From NCBI GenBank assembly GCA_004431415.1, contig QPMI01000095.1, positions 186,001 to 250,000 on the forward strand: a stretch of DNA of 64,000 nt. Reading direction: 5' to 3'. The notes below the pieces were generated by a model. That model had not been told where the DNA came from. It made no database searches and was given only the letters and a program-made list of their open reading frames with translations. Origin of the DNA: Cyanophora paradoxa CCMP329. Its lineage: Eukaryota; Plantae; Glaucophyta. Shown piece after piece: positions 24,461 to 37,508 of this stretch (position 1 is the stretch's first letter; each line of letters opens with the position of its first letter). The position numbers and the translations under genes are program-made.

Positions 24461-27400
24461 TTAGGAGGACTCAATATGGCCGTCGACGCTGAAGCGGACG
24501 TACTGGTTGGCCGATTGGCGACTGGTGTTTGGGGCGCTATGCACTTCCGAGTCGGGGCTCATCCGCAGGATGATGCCGCCGGCTTGAAGGCTGCGCTGCT
24601 CGAAATCGACGGGTTGCTCCGAACTCTCCGGCCCTTCCGCAGCCTCGCCTGCCTCGGCAGCCGCTTCGGCAGCGGGCTGCGCGGGAGCCTCGGGGGCGAA
24701 GGCCGTGTCGCCGTCGAGGGGCGGGTTGGCAGGGCAGTCGGGGGCGCGCGGGGTGGCGGGGCGCTCGAGGGCGGCGTAGCCTTCGTTGTCGGGGAGGGAG
24801 AGCGGGGCATGTTGCGCGGGGAGCGCGTCGCGCACGCCAGCGGAGGAGGCAGTGGAGACGGTTGACGGGGAGCCGCAGGCATCCGAGCCCGGCGCGGCGC
24901 TCGGCAGCAGGGCGGCGGCCGGCCCACGCGTCGTGTCGATCTCGAGGGGCGTCTCGAAGGCGGCATGGAGGGGCCGGTGCGGGCTGCCACCCGCGGGGGC
25001 GATCGACTGGGCGACGAGCTCGACGGCGGGGAGAATCTGGGCGAAGGTCGGGCGCGCCGCCGGATTCGCGTCCAGACATCGCGAGACGATGGCGAGCAGG
25101 GGCGCCGGGACGGCGGCGAGCTGCTCGCGCGAGAAGGGCAGGCCCGAGGCGACGCGGTCGCGGGCGAACATGGCCCCGTACGGGCCCTGGCCCGAGCACA
25201 TCTCCACGACCACCACTCCGAAGCCCCAGACGTCGGCTTTCGGAGGGTCGTAGTTCCCCAGGCACACCTCCTGCACGCCCCAGGCATCAGCCGCGGGCAG
25301 GTGCTGGCGGGGGCCGGCGGGGATGGACGAGGCGCACCGGGGGCATGTAAACGAGGGTGCCTGCGACGGAGGTGACCTGGGCGGCGTGGCGGGCGCGGCC
25401 GAAGTCGCAGAGCTTGACGATGCCGCTCTCAGCCTCGAGGTTCGCCTCGCGGCTGCGAAAGGCGGCGGCGGCGCGAGCGAGGCTCGGGTGCTCGGCGTAG
25501 AGGAGGACGTTGCCGGGCTTGAGGTCTCGGTGGCAGACAGGCTCGGTGATGCCGTGGTGGAGGTGGAAGAGGCCCCGCGCGAGGTGCGTCGTGTAGAGGA
25601 GGACGCGCTCGAGGTGGCCGGCGAGGGCGCCCCGCTCGATGGCGTCAGCGAGAGAGCAGGTGGCCGGCGGCATGACGAGGTAGAGGTGCTGCCGGTCTCG
25701 GTAGACGGCTTCCACGGGCACGATGTTCGGGTGACGGATGTTCTTCTGCAGCATCGCCCCGCGGCACTCGTATGCCGCCTCCTCCGCGTTCAGCAGCGCG
25801 ATCTGCTTCACCGCGCGCCGCTTGCCCCGGAAGGAGACCTCGTAGACGCGCCCGCACGCCCCCTCCCCGACGATCGCCTCATAGTTCATGAACGCCTTCA
25901 TGAAGTCCTCCGGTGGCGGCGGGAACGCGACCTCCGCGCCGTCAGCGACCGCGGCGGCCGCGGCCGACCACTCCTTGCGCCCCGGAGTGCCGTCGCTCTC
26001 CGTGCCCGCGCGGGCGGCGATCGGCTCGAGCGCGTCCCGCGCCGCGCTGCTGGCCGGCGAGGGCAGCTCGAGCTCGACGGGCGCGGCACGCTCATCGGAG
26101 ATGCGCTTGCCGGAGCCGAGGCCGCGCTCCGGGTCGGCGCCCGCCAGGCGGGCAATCGCTGTCGCTCGCTGCCGCCGCCGACGGCGCTTGAAGCCGAGCC
26201 AGCCGGCGAAGGTCAGGCCGGCGACGAGCGTGGCGGCGCCGGCGGCGGCGAGGGAGGAGGCGGTGGCGATGCCGGGGAGGGTCGCGATCCAGGGGTCGAC
26301 GGGGGCGGCAACCTCGGGGTACGCCGCGCTGTCGTCGTTAAGCTGGAAGACGATGAGCTCGTCGCTGTCAACCTCGTGCCCCGACGTGGCGAGGGCGGTA
26401 GCGTTCGGGAACGGCGCCCCGGGGCCCAGCGCGCTCTCGGTGGGCAGGACCTCGATGCCCCCGAAGATGTAAAAGCTGCCGAGCGAGCTGCCGTCCGAGC
26501 AGGTTCGTCCCCACCGACACCAGGGACGTCAGATAGCGCGCCACTGGCATCGCCCCCACCGCCGGAAACTGAACCCACAGGAAGCCATCTGCGGCGGGGC
26601 GCTCGGCGGGGCGCGGCCCTCGGGAGCGCGCGGGCCAGCGCACCCGAACGAAGGTTAAGCATATAGACGTCGTTGAGCGGGGTGCGCGAGGCGTCGCGGC
26701 CGGCGAAGACGAAGAGGCGGCCATTGTTGATCGTGGCCGAGTGGAACTCGCGGGCCGAGGGGGCCGGGCCCGAGGGCCGCAGCACGGCCCACGAGCCGAA
26801 CTCGGCGTCGAAGCGGTAGAGCTCGGAGTGCGTCACGATGTCCGAGTCCGTGCCGCCGAACAGGAAGAGCTGGTACTTCCCGTTCGCCGTCACCTTCGGC
26901 GCCGACAGGCTCTGACCCGGCGTGGCCGAGCTCGGCGCGATCGGCACCGCCAGACAGTTCAGCGTTGCTCCCGTCCTGGGGCCCGGGAGCGACCCGCGGG
27001 CCGTGACCTGCGTCCACTGCTTCGACGCTGTACGCGCTCGGGCGGTCAGCTTGAGGCGAGGGGCGAAGCTTGCGCCGGCGGCGCGCACTCGTGTCGAACA
27101 CGTAGAAACCCGAGAAAGACTCGAACCAAAGGTCCGGCGCCTGGCCCGTGAAGCCCCCGTAGACCCACAGCTGCGCCCCGCACGCTGCCATGCTGAACAT
27201 GTAGCGCGGCGTCGGCCACAGCTGCCCCGCGACCTTCTGTGTCTGGTACCACTGCCGCGAGTCCAAATCTGCGAGGGGGTGGTTCTTCAGACATCGCTCG
27301 GCGAGAGGCGCATGGCGAATTGTGCGGACCATAGGACCAGAGATCATCCCAGACGATAGGATATCCGGCAAGGCCATCGGTGACACCGCCGAAGACCCAC

Positions 27401-29020
27401 ACTTTGCCGCCGACGAGGGCAGCACGGTGCATGTGCCGCGCACGGGGCTTGACCAGCGACGTTCGGAGACGGACCAGGCGCACCGCGTCCGGCGTCAAGT
27501 TCGCCGTCTTCGCCTCTCCGGATGACACTGTCGAGTCTGTCAGCGACCTCGAAGCGCGTGCCTCGAGGATCGGGCGCACGGGCACAGCCGCCGCTTATTT
27601 GCAGGCCAAACACGGCGCTCGAGTTGCCGCCGCTCTTCTCGACTGACAGGAAAAAGGTGCCGGGCTGCATACTGAATCTAACCACAGTCCCAAACTCTCC
27701 GCCGCACGAGCCCCTGTCTGTGGCTGCAGATAGAATCAGCTGCCGGCATTCCATCCATGCAATCTCGATATCACCTTCAACAACGTGTTCTGGTTCCACA
27801 GACTCGGTCGACAAGGGGCAATCGCTGAAAATGCGCAGCTTCGTATCAAAAGTGGTGATGTTGAAGCACGTGCTGATCATAATCGTGCTGGAGCGAGCGT
27901 GAGGTCGAGGGCGAAGAGCGAGCGGGGTGCTGACCTGACGGTATCGACCTGGAACTGGACCAGATAAGCTGGGAGAACGGACTGCGACAGCGTCGTCGAT
28001 GGCCAGCCGTACGTCGCGGCTGCCACAGGGACGCCCTCGCAAGTGTTAATTGAATCGATCTGATCGTCGCACGATGCTGCACGCAGATCAGAAATTTGGA
28101 GGGCAGAGAGACAGCCCCAGAACACCGCAAACCTGGGCACACTCCCTGCGGCGAAGGATGAGATTCGTTCAAAGAGAAAGTCAAAGAAACGGAAGGCTCA
28201 CGCTGATCATAAGCCCGAAAGTTCCGCTGAAAGCAAGCCCGGCGGAAGCGGAGGATGGCTTCGGTGCGCCTCTGCAAATAATGTGAAGACGAGCGCAGCA
28301 CAGCTGGGTACTTCCCGGCGCACTGTACGACAAGAAAATATGTTCCTGGCTCGAGACTGATGCCTGCAAGTTCCGGATAGCGCGGACTCAGCTCACACCT
28401 GGATTGCTCTGCGTGCTCGATCAGAGATGCCATGGCTGGAAGGATGGGGCATTTTGAAGCGCACGATTCGCATAGAGAGGCCGTATAGAGCTCACGGAGG
28501 TATTCGTGACCATGCCCGGAGTCGGGTAAGGGCATGCGCTATAAAGCTCAAGCAGTGCATCGAAGTTTGCTGCGCGTGGGCGTTAGCAGGACGCTTGGTA
28601 TGCGATCACACGTAGGCTTACTGTAGGCATTACACAACGATATTGTCAGCGTCCTGTTGAAACCGGAACCAGTCAGCGCGGCGAGGCGGCCCCGCTTTAC
28701 GGGCTTTTGACGGACCTGGAGCTCGTGCCCACGATGGAGAACTTGTACAGGCGCGATGGAGACCCATTGGTCCCTGCCTTTCTGCTCGCCGTGGAGTCTG
28801 TGATGGGCGCCGCCATACATGGTTCTATCTCTTGGGCAGCACGGCATCCTGCGCAGACCAGCAGCAACTCAACCAACTCAAACGGCACCAGCAAGTCAAA
28901 CAGCCGACCTGCCCAGGCTCCCGGAAGAACTGCCAGCCAGACGGCCAGCACCGACAGAATGACAAGCTGGGTGCGGGCGTCGGCCTTCCGCAGCCTGGGC
29001 CGATGTCTTCTTCTTCCCAT
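24461..29020 (-). CDS. Receptor-like Ser/Thr kinase: signal peptide, two beta-sandwich-like repeats, Kelch repeats, TM, kinase
   Basis: Signal LVILSVLAVWLAVLPGAWA; Kelch blades (KVWVFGG, QLWVYGG, QLFLFGG, RLFVFAG, SFYIFGG); TM ~26190-26280 followed by KRRRRR; kinase GEGACG, AVK, HRDLKPGN, DFG, MPPE, DVWGFG. Joining of the 5' exons is by eye. Confidence 0.8.
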
Positions 29021-29289
29021 GCCAGTGCGGGCGATCTCCTCCAGATGCGATCTACCGTCGACGCTGTATCATCCTCATCGCGGCAACTCCAACCGCGAGG
29101 GTGGACTTGCTATCGTTTTGCGCGCAGCTGCTTAGAGCGGCGATGGCTTCGCTTCGCAGACAAGTCTGGGACGACCAGCAAGGGCGGAGAGAATTTTCGC
29201 GCCGCACGGGTACAGCGGTGGATCGAGCTGCGGCTCTGTTGCGCGGTTCCCCTGGCATGGCCCAGCACCGAATTACTAAGTTAATGATC

Positions 29290-29760
29290 GAATGCGCCGC
29301 GGCGAGCGCGACAAACGCCGGCGCCGCGAGAACGTTAATTATAACGGGGTCACTGCAACTACCGATAGCTGCGCATGCATGCGCAGTGTCCGCCGCCGGC
29401 GCCGGCGACCGGCGCGCCTGCGCATGCATATGCATGCCGCAGTACTAGTGCGCATGCGCATGCGCTGGCGCGCGCTGGCCTGCGCCGCGGCGCGCGGCGG
29501 CCGCGGCCGCGTCGCCGCGCGCCGAGTCGACATCGATATCGACTCGGCGACTCCGAACGTGCATATATATATATATACGCGCGCATGCGCAAGCTTAATT
29601 TTTATAAGCCGCGGCGCCCCGGCGCGCGCCGGCCGGTGTCCGGATCCGACGGTCGGCCGAGGCCGGCCTAGGCCTAGCCTAGTAGGCCTGACGACCGGCC
29701 GCTCAGCTGCAGCGGCTGGGCCCATATATGCATACGTTGCAAGGGCCAGGGGGGGGTACC
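29290..29760. repeat. Intergenic tract of nested short palindromes
   Basis: GCGCATGCATGCGC, TGCATATGCA, ATCGATATCGA, GGCCTAGGCC, CAGCTGCAG, TATATA runs. Confidence 0.7.
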
Positions 29761-30644
29761 CCCTCCCTTGCTCCCCTGGTGAATTGGTGCGCATGCGGCG
29801 TACTTTCTGTGTTAGCAATTTTTGTAAGATGAGATTCTTTGCATGCGCTCTCGTATAGGTGTGATCGCATCGTAGCCGCTGCGAGCGGCGAAAACAAACT
29901 TGAAATGCAAGGGCGGGGCCGGGCTGCGCAAACCGTTGAACACTGTGACATGTCGAAGCCGCTCCTCGCGATCGCCTGCTATTGCTATATGCGCCGGACC
30001 ACGTGCTCCTGAATGCTCTCAATGCGTTCTACAAACTCTGTCATACATGCCTGGGCTCGAGAAGCGGCGCGTGGCGCGCTAGGCCGCCTCAAGTACCTGT
30101 TGTACCGGGCGCCGGAAAAAAGTGCTCCTGAGAGTTTCAGGCGATTGCTGGGTACACATGCCAGAGCCCGGCCCAGAGGTCGAGGTCGCGGGGCCGAGCA
30201 TCCGCATGCGGAGCGCGCGCCGGAGCGGCGCGCCCGCAACGTCGCGTTCCGGTGCGCTTCCGGCTGCGGGAACAGCCGCGGATGCGCGGGAACAGCCGCG
30301 GATGCGCTCCTGGTGGCGAATGCGGGCACAGCCGCTCCTGGTGGCGGAGAGCGCCGCGAGAGTGCAGGAAGAAGGCGCCCGAGACGCCGCGACGCCGGCT
30401 GTGTGCGCGCCCGCGGCCGCGGCGTTTTGCCAACGCTCTCGGTTTCTGATGGACTCCGATTCATGATCGAGCAGACTCCAGCTCGATGTTGTCAAGCTCT
30501 TCAAGCGCGGTTCAAGCACGGGGCGGGTCGCCACTTGCACGCCTCGGCCGGCGTTCCGTAGCAGAATGTGGCGGCCGCGGCGTCGCAGCATTCGCAGCTG
30601 CTCCTAGTACGTCGCGTCGGGCTAGGCCCCGCCCCTGCGCCGCG

Positions 30645-31133
30645 GCTGTCCGGGGCGAGCTGACGCCTCGGCCCTGCGCAGGCTATGCGCAGGGCCCGGC
30701 GCCACCTGCCCGTCCGCCCGCTTCCCCGCCCGCCGCCCTGCCGGCTGCCTCAGCGTCGTCGACTCCAGGTTCGCTCCGCCGCTGCTGCCGCGCACCTGGC
30801 CCGGCCGCCCCCGCTGGGCCCCGCCCCCGCACGGCCGCTGTCAGGGGCGAGCTGACGCCTCAGCTCTGCGTATGTGCAGGCTATGCGCAGGGCCCGGTGC
30901 CACTTGCCCCTCCGCCCGCTTCCTCGCCCGCCGCCTCGCCGGCTGCTTCAGCGTCGTCGACTCCAGGTTCGCCCCGCCGCTGCTGCCGCGCACCTGGCCC
31001 GGCCGCCCCGCTGGCCCCGCCCCCGCACGGCCGCTGTCCGGGGCGAGCTGACGCCTCAGCTCTGCGTATGTGCAGGCTATGCGCAAGGCCCGGCGCCACC
31101 TGCCCCTCCGCCCGCTTCCCCGCCCGCCGCCGC
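30645..31133 (+). repeat. ~195-bp tandem repeat (2.5 copies) of an exon+intron-like unit
   Basis: Units start 30645, 30837, 31033; each has GCTGAC..GCAG acceptor and (first two) an 87-nt Pro/Ala exon ending CCAG|GTTCGC. Confidence 0.75.
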
Positions 31134-31379
31134 CTTCGCCTGCCTGCCTGCCTGATGCCGTCGCCCGCGACGCCACCCCACCTGCCCGCCTCGCGACCCC
31201 GCCCGCCTCGCCCGGCCGCCCGCCTTGCCTCTCTGCCCCCCCCCCCCCCCCCCCCCCCCCTTCCCCCTCCCACACCCACACACCCTAAGTACCCTGCAAT
31301 GTGTACCAGCACCCCCCCTTGCACCTCCGCGCGCGGCCCGCACTTGCCGATCTTGCACAGGGCCGGGCGCGGTCTGCTA

Positions 31380-31512
31380 GTATATACATACGTACACGCG
31401 TAGGCGCCACGTACGTATACTACGCGTACGTATACGTACGCGTACGTACGCACCTAGGCTGCAGATACGTACGTATACGTACGCGTACGTACGCACCTAG
31501 GCTGCAGATACG
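31380..31512. repeat. TACGTA/ACGCGT palindromic microsatellite-like tract
   Basis: ACGTACGTATACTACGCGTACGTATACGTACG...; GCGTACGTACGCACCTAGGCTGCAGATACG occurs twice. Confidence 0.75.
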
Positions 31513-31669
31513 AATCGCGTTTTATCAATTTGAATTGAGAATCTGTGACTTCCAAGTTTCCCGCTGGGCCAGTTTTACAGCGTGTGAGGCTCTTTCCAGC
31601 AGCGCTAGCGGTAGCGTTACTAGACTACGGGGACATTGCCGGCTTCCAACGCCGCGCGGAGTGCTAAAT

Positions 31670-34589
31670 TTAAAACATGTTGTCCTTCTTCATCTTGTTG
31701 ATGAGGAGATTCTTGTAGTCGTTGAGATCCCCCTTGAATCTCTCCACCTGGACAGCGGTGCTCTCAGGCGGGCGGGCCGGCGAGGCGTAAGGCGCGGGGG
31801 CGCGCCTTCTTGTTGTCGCAGACCCAGATCTCCTCGGCGACTGCGGAGATGAGGCGCATGTCGTGGGAGACCTGCGGGGGCGGTGGGCGCGGCGCGGCGC
31901 GGCGCGGCGGCGAGGGCGCGGACGAGGACGACGCCGCCCTCGAAGGCGTTGATGGCGATGGCGAGCGAGTCGATGCTCTCCATGTCCAGGTGGTTCGTCG
32001 GCTGCGCCGCCCCCTCGCACCGCCCCCGCCCCCGCTTTCGCGAGGCGCCCCGCGCACCTCGTCGAGGAGGAGGATGTGGGGCTGCTTGTAGGCGAGCCAC
32101 GCGAAGACGACGCGGCTGCACTGCCCGTCGGAAAGGGTCCGCATCGGCTGCGTTTGCACCGCCCCCGTCACGTCGAACTTGCCGAGCCAGCCCCGGCACT
32201 TCTCCTCCGCCTCCTCTGTGCGGCGGTGAGCGCAGCCGGGCGGCGGGCTGGCAGCGGGCTGGCGGCGGGCGGGCGCGCCGGGGAAGCAGGAGCGCATGTA
32301 TTGCAGGGGGGAGAGTGACATGTCCATTTGGTCCACAAAGTGCTGCGGGGACGGTCGGGGGCCCCGCAGGGCGCGCCGCGCGGGGGGGCCGGGGGGAGGC
32401 GCGCCTGGTGGAAGCGCCCGAGGCGGAGCTTGGTGTGGCGGCGGACCATGCCGTGCGTGGGCGAGAGCTCCTCCACCATCAGCTTCATCAGCGTCGACTT
32501 GCCTGCACCCGGCGTGAGCGCGGCGCCGGGGCGGGGCGCAGGGGAGGTGGCCGACGCGCCGGCGCCGTTGGGCCCAACGAGGGCGATGCGGGAGTCGAGG
32601 TCGACGCCGAGGTCGATGTCCTCGTAGAGCAGCGGCTGTCCGGGGTACCCGAAGGAGATGTTCTGCAGCACGAGCACCGGCGGCGAAAGCGGCTCCGGGT
32701 CTATGAACGACATCTTGAGCGTCGAGTCGCCCGTCACCTGCCCGCCTCCTCAGACCTCGCGGCGCGCGCCGGGCGGCGCGGGCGGCGGGCCTTCTCGACG
32801 AGGCCGTTGCGCTCCATCTTGGCGAGGACCTTCTCCTTGGACTGGGCCTGGCGGGCGAGCTTGCGCGAGCCGTGGCCGAAGCGGGCGATGTACTCGCGCA
32901 TGTGCTTGATCTGGTCCTGCTGCCACTTGTACATCTTGTTCTGGTTCTCCTCGAGCTGCTCGCGCGTCTCGACGTAGGTGTCGTAGTTGCCGCCGTAGAC
33001 GGTGAGGCGCCGCTTGTGCAGGTGGATGATGTTCGTGCACACATTGTTCAGGAAGTCCTGCGCCCCGCTCGCTCCCGGCCCCCCCCCCCCGCCCCGCCCC
33101 ACCGCCCCGCCGCGCGCGCCTGCGAGTGCGAGATGAGGAGAAGGATGCCCCGCGGATTCCAGTTGCTCAGGTACTGCTCCAGCCACACAACGGCCTCGAT
33201 ATCGAGGTGGTTCGTCGGCTGCCGGCCCGTCGGCGACCGCACCGCGCGGGGCGCTTGGCGCCCGGCGGGCTTACCTCATCGAGCAGCATGAGCGTCGGCC
33301 TAAGGAAGAGGCCCTTTGCGAGGGAGATGCGCATGCGCCAGCCTCCCGAGAAGTCCCGCGTCTTCTTCTCCTGCATCGCCGGCGAGAAGCCCAGGCCGTG
33401 CAGGATCTTCGCCGCCCGGGCCCCTGCCGCGCTGCTCGCCGGGGCGCGCGGGGCGGGGCCGGGGGCGGGCCGCGCACTCGCGGTCTCCGAGTCGTATTCC
33501 TCGAGGCGCTCGTAGATCCAGTGGAGGTACTCGTGCACCTCGTCCGGCGTGTCGTCGGTGATGTCCCGCGAGATCTCCTCCGCCTCCTGCCCCCGCCGTC
33601 AGCCCCGCCCCGCCTGCCCGCCCCGCCACGCCCCGTCCCGCGCGCCTTCTCCAGCTGCAGGCGCGTTTCCTCCGAGCTGCAGACAGCCTCTATGGCGGTC
33701 TTGTCCGACGCCTCCTCCTCCTGGTGGAGGTGGAAGATATCGAAGTGCCGCGGAATGTCCACCTCGCGCTGGCCTGCTCCCGCGCCCCGCTCGCATCCGC
33801 CAAACGTCAGGAGCGCAAACGCGCGCACCGAGCGCGGCGAGCATGACGGTCTTGCCACTGCCGTTCGCCCCGAGGAGCCCGTACCGCCGACCCGCTGACA
33901 GCTCCAGCGTCGTGTCTGCGCCGCAAATCGGCAACCGCTCCCCCCGGATCCCGAGCGCAGCGCGCACCTTTCACAAGCTCCTTACCGTAGAAGCTGCACG
34001 GACCCGTGTAAATTCGGCCTTGCTACTGGACGGTGCGAGGGGCGCAAAAACGCGGGCGCACTTGACCGAGAAGCTGCCGGGAGAATGGAGTCAAAGCTAA
34101 GCAAAAATCATTAACAGGACTCGATAGAGAACGTACTTATCGATGATAATGTCCTGCAAGTTGCACGGAGATGAGGGCGGTGAGCGCGACCAGAAGTGAG
34201 TGTGGACAAGCGTGCGGTGTGCGCGCGATGGATTTCTACGCACGCAGTATGGGATGTTCTTGCGCAGAGTCCCTGTGCACCTGCGCGGCGGAAGTGGCAA
34301 AGCGGGTTCAGCACTCGCGACCAAACCCTCCGCGGGCTTCGCGGCGGCGGTGGTGCTGGCAGCATCGAGCGTACGTGACATTATCGAGGACCTGCAGATA
34401 GGCGCGAGGCGCGCAGGGGAGTCAGCGTCGCGGCGCCGCGCGGGATGCGCGGGAGCGGGGAGCTTCGGGGCAGACGGGCACACTGACCTTCTTTACGGGC
34501 GGGCCGTCGAGAACAAGTGACGCAATCTTCGACGGGAGCCCAGCGACGGGCGTGTTCGACTTCGAGCCCTTTCCCTTCTTTGGTGGCAT
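31670..34589 (-). CDS. ABCF2: ABC-F family ribosome-associated ATPase (ABCF2/Arb1-like)
   Basis: [86 protein letters not shown]. Confidence 0.93.
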
Positions 34590-34753
34590 TTTGCTGTGCT
34601 GACGAGCGAATCGAACGGCTTCCCGTGCAAGGAGTGTGCTGCCAGCTGCGCGGGGCGTCGGCGTGTCGGCGTCGTACGGTGTCGCGGCAAGGGGGGTATG
34701 AGCGCCCTGCAGTTTGAGATCGCCCGAATCCCGCACAGCTCCCTCAAAGAGTC

Positions 34754-35603
34754 ATGGCCTTCACGACAGTCGTCGCACTTGCGGCGCGTTCCATCGGCGA
34801 CGCCCAAATCGCTCCTCGCTCCTCGATCTGCAGAAGTCCCGCAAATCTTCGGCAGGCGGCTACAGCCGCCACTCACGGCGTCCCGCTTTCACGTACATTC
34901 TTCGGGAACAGCTTGCACAATGATAACAACAGCTTGCCGCGGCGATCGCCTGCAGCGATCGCCGTCAGGGCCGATCGATCACTTCTTGTCAGGGCCGAGG
35001 GCGTCCCGCAGCTAGCTGGCGAGGATCTAGCACGTAGAATCGCTCAGATCAGCGATGCTGCGAAGTGCGAGGCGATCTGTATACTCCGCGAGCCCCGTGC
35101 TGTGAAAGAGGCTTTCAGCCCCTTCAGCTACGCGGTGCTCGCCACTGCATTCAGTAAGGCGCAAATCAACGCAGTTATTGGACGGGTCACACCCCACTCC
35201 CTGCTTCCGTATGCGCCCTGTAACCCCGCCAGCAGTTGGAGCGCGAACTGCAGAGGAAGCCGAAAAGTGTCGAAGTGCGCATGCAGTGAAAACGTTGCTT
35301 GGCCGGGCTGATGCGGTTGTAAAACATTGCCCGGTGCAGGGCGATGCTGCTTCGGGGTGGGCGCTGCTTGATTACGGAGGCGTCGTCCTGCACGTTTTTT
35401 CTGCCGGTGATTTATCTTTTGTTCTCTCGGCGAGATGTGCGCATGCCTGATGGTCGCGCCAAACAGCCGAGCGGGACCGCTACGACCTGGAAGGGCTCTA
35501 CCAATTCGCCGAGGAGGTCCCGTTCGAGTCGCTTCCCTCGGCGCCGCGCCCCAGCGACCGCCGCGAGGGGGGCGCCCGCAAGGATCCGTTCGCGAACTGG
35601 TGA
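34754..35603 (+). CDS. rsfS: Plastid-targeted ribosome silencing factor RsfS/Iojap
   Basis: Ser/Ala/Arg-rich MAF- transit peptide; ATAFSKAQINAV, SGWALLDYGGVVLHVFS, RDRYDLEGLY. Confidence 0.85.
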
Positions 35604-35653
35604 TCGATGTCAGGCCCAGTGTTAGATTCGCTCCTGCCAGGCTGCAGTATTTA

Positions 35654-37508
35654 CTACTGGAGCACACTACTGGAGAACGGGCCCCCGGTACCGGTGGGGT
35701 TTTGAACGGGGCCCTGGGCGATGCGAGCGAGGGCGCCGAGGTGTACGGGGCCGGGGCAGGAGGAAGAGGGCAGGGAGGAAGGGGCAAGCGACGGGGTGGA
35801 AAGGGCAGAGGGCGCCAGGGAGGGAACGTGGGAGAAGGCTATTGAGAAGGCGCTGGCGGCATCCTCCCCTCCTCGCCGCTCGCACGCGTCCGCCAAGGAG
35901 GAAGGCTGCCGGCCCGCAGGGCCCTCGCCCTCCTCATTGGGGGACGGGTAGAGGTCGACGACGCAACCTCTACGGCGGAGTGCGGCGACGGCGCCGGGGT
36001 CCCACTCGCACTCGCGCTCGGCCAGCTCCCCCTCGTCCTCGTCGGCCTCCCGCGCGATGCCGAAGTACTCCAGGTGCTTTCCGTGCCGCGCTGCGGCACG
36101 GAGCGTCTCCCCGCCCACCAGCGCCACTTCCACGAACGAGAGCGAGCGCAGCGCCGAGCAACGCCTGCCCGGCGGCGTCGACGTCTGGTGCGTCAGAAAG
36201 CGGAACAGACATGAAATAAAGCTCGAGAAGCGTGGCGGGTGCCACGGTGCAGACCGGCAGAGTTCGGCGGCTCCGGAGTCGGAGAGAAGGTAGGCGGAGC
36301 TGAGCTCGAGCTGATAGAGGCGTTTAGGTTGGAGCGCTATGGGGTTCGGGGCGTAAAAGATCACCTCGCGGAGGGCGGGGCAGTGGCGTGCGATGGCGTG
36401 CGCCGCCGCGTCAGTTAGGTCTCCATAGGAGAGCTTAAGCGTCTGCAGGCGCCCGCCCACGCCGCGCAGCAGGCCCACCACCCACGCCTCCCCGATCCCC
36501 TGCCCCTCCGCGCCCCCGATCTCCAGGACGGGGTCGCAGTCGATCTCCAGCGAGAGGGAGGTGAGGGGCGGGAGGGGCGGGCGAGGGCCGGCAGGGCCAG
36601 GCGATGCGGATAGCGCGGGCCAGGACGTTTCGGCGTCCTCCTGGACGCCGAGGAGCTCGAGCTCCGCCAGAGCGGGGAGCGCCAGGAGCGCCGCCACCGC
36701 CTCCCCGCTCAGGGCCACCCCCTCCCCCGCCGCCGACTGCAGCGCCACCCGCCGCAGCCGCGGCGCGCAGGGCAGCAGCGGCGGGAGGGCGAGGGCGGAG
36801 GGGAGGGAGAGCTCGAGGAGCTCGATGCCGGGGCAGGAGCGGGCGAGGAGGCCGGCGAGGCTCTCGGGGCGCCACGTGCAGCCGGCGAGGGAGAGGGCGG
36901 TGAGGCGGCCGGCCCCCTCGAGGAGCTCGCTCACGTCTGTGAGGCTGCCCGCCGCCCCCTCTTCTCGCTCGTCCAGCGCCCGCACGCGCAGCTCGGTTAG
37001 CGCCGGCCCGACCCGCTCCGCCAGTGCGCGCGCCGCCTCCGTCCCCGCCAGCGCCCCCGAGAAGCTCTGGAGCTTCTCCCAGGGGCCCGAGCGCTCCAGC
37101 ACGTGTTGCAGGAACAGCGCTGCCCTGCGCGTGCATCAGGCCTGGGGAGGTCGAGGTCGCGCGGAGCGAGAGCTCTCCCTACGCACGGGGTACATGCATC
37201 CACGTCGAGGGCCACTGCTGACCGCGCCGCCGTCCGAAAGGCAGCGTACGCCCGCTCCAGTTGCTCCCCCTGGAGAAATGGCCCGCACAGTGCGGAGCTG
37301 ATGTGGACGTACTCTCCAATGACGTCCACGTTCAAATCGATCGCAGCCTTGAACCGCTTGCACACCTTCAGAATTCGAGGCGCGTCAGTCCTCTTGCGCT
37401 CGGGAGAAGAGAGAGGTTTCTAATTTACCACCCGAAGCCCCAGGAGCACGGGGAAAAAGTCGACATAGCTAACGTGGAGTTCAACATGCGCAACAGCTCG
37501 TCAGGCAT
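35654..37508 (-). CDS. F-box/LRR (RNI-like) protein
   Basis: MPDELLRML..LKVCKRFKAAI F-box-like N terminus; LRR-like LQTLKLSYGDLTDAAAHAIARHCPALREV, CPGIELLELS, CSALRSLSF; start uncertain. Confidence 0.6.
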
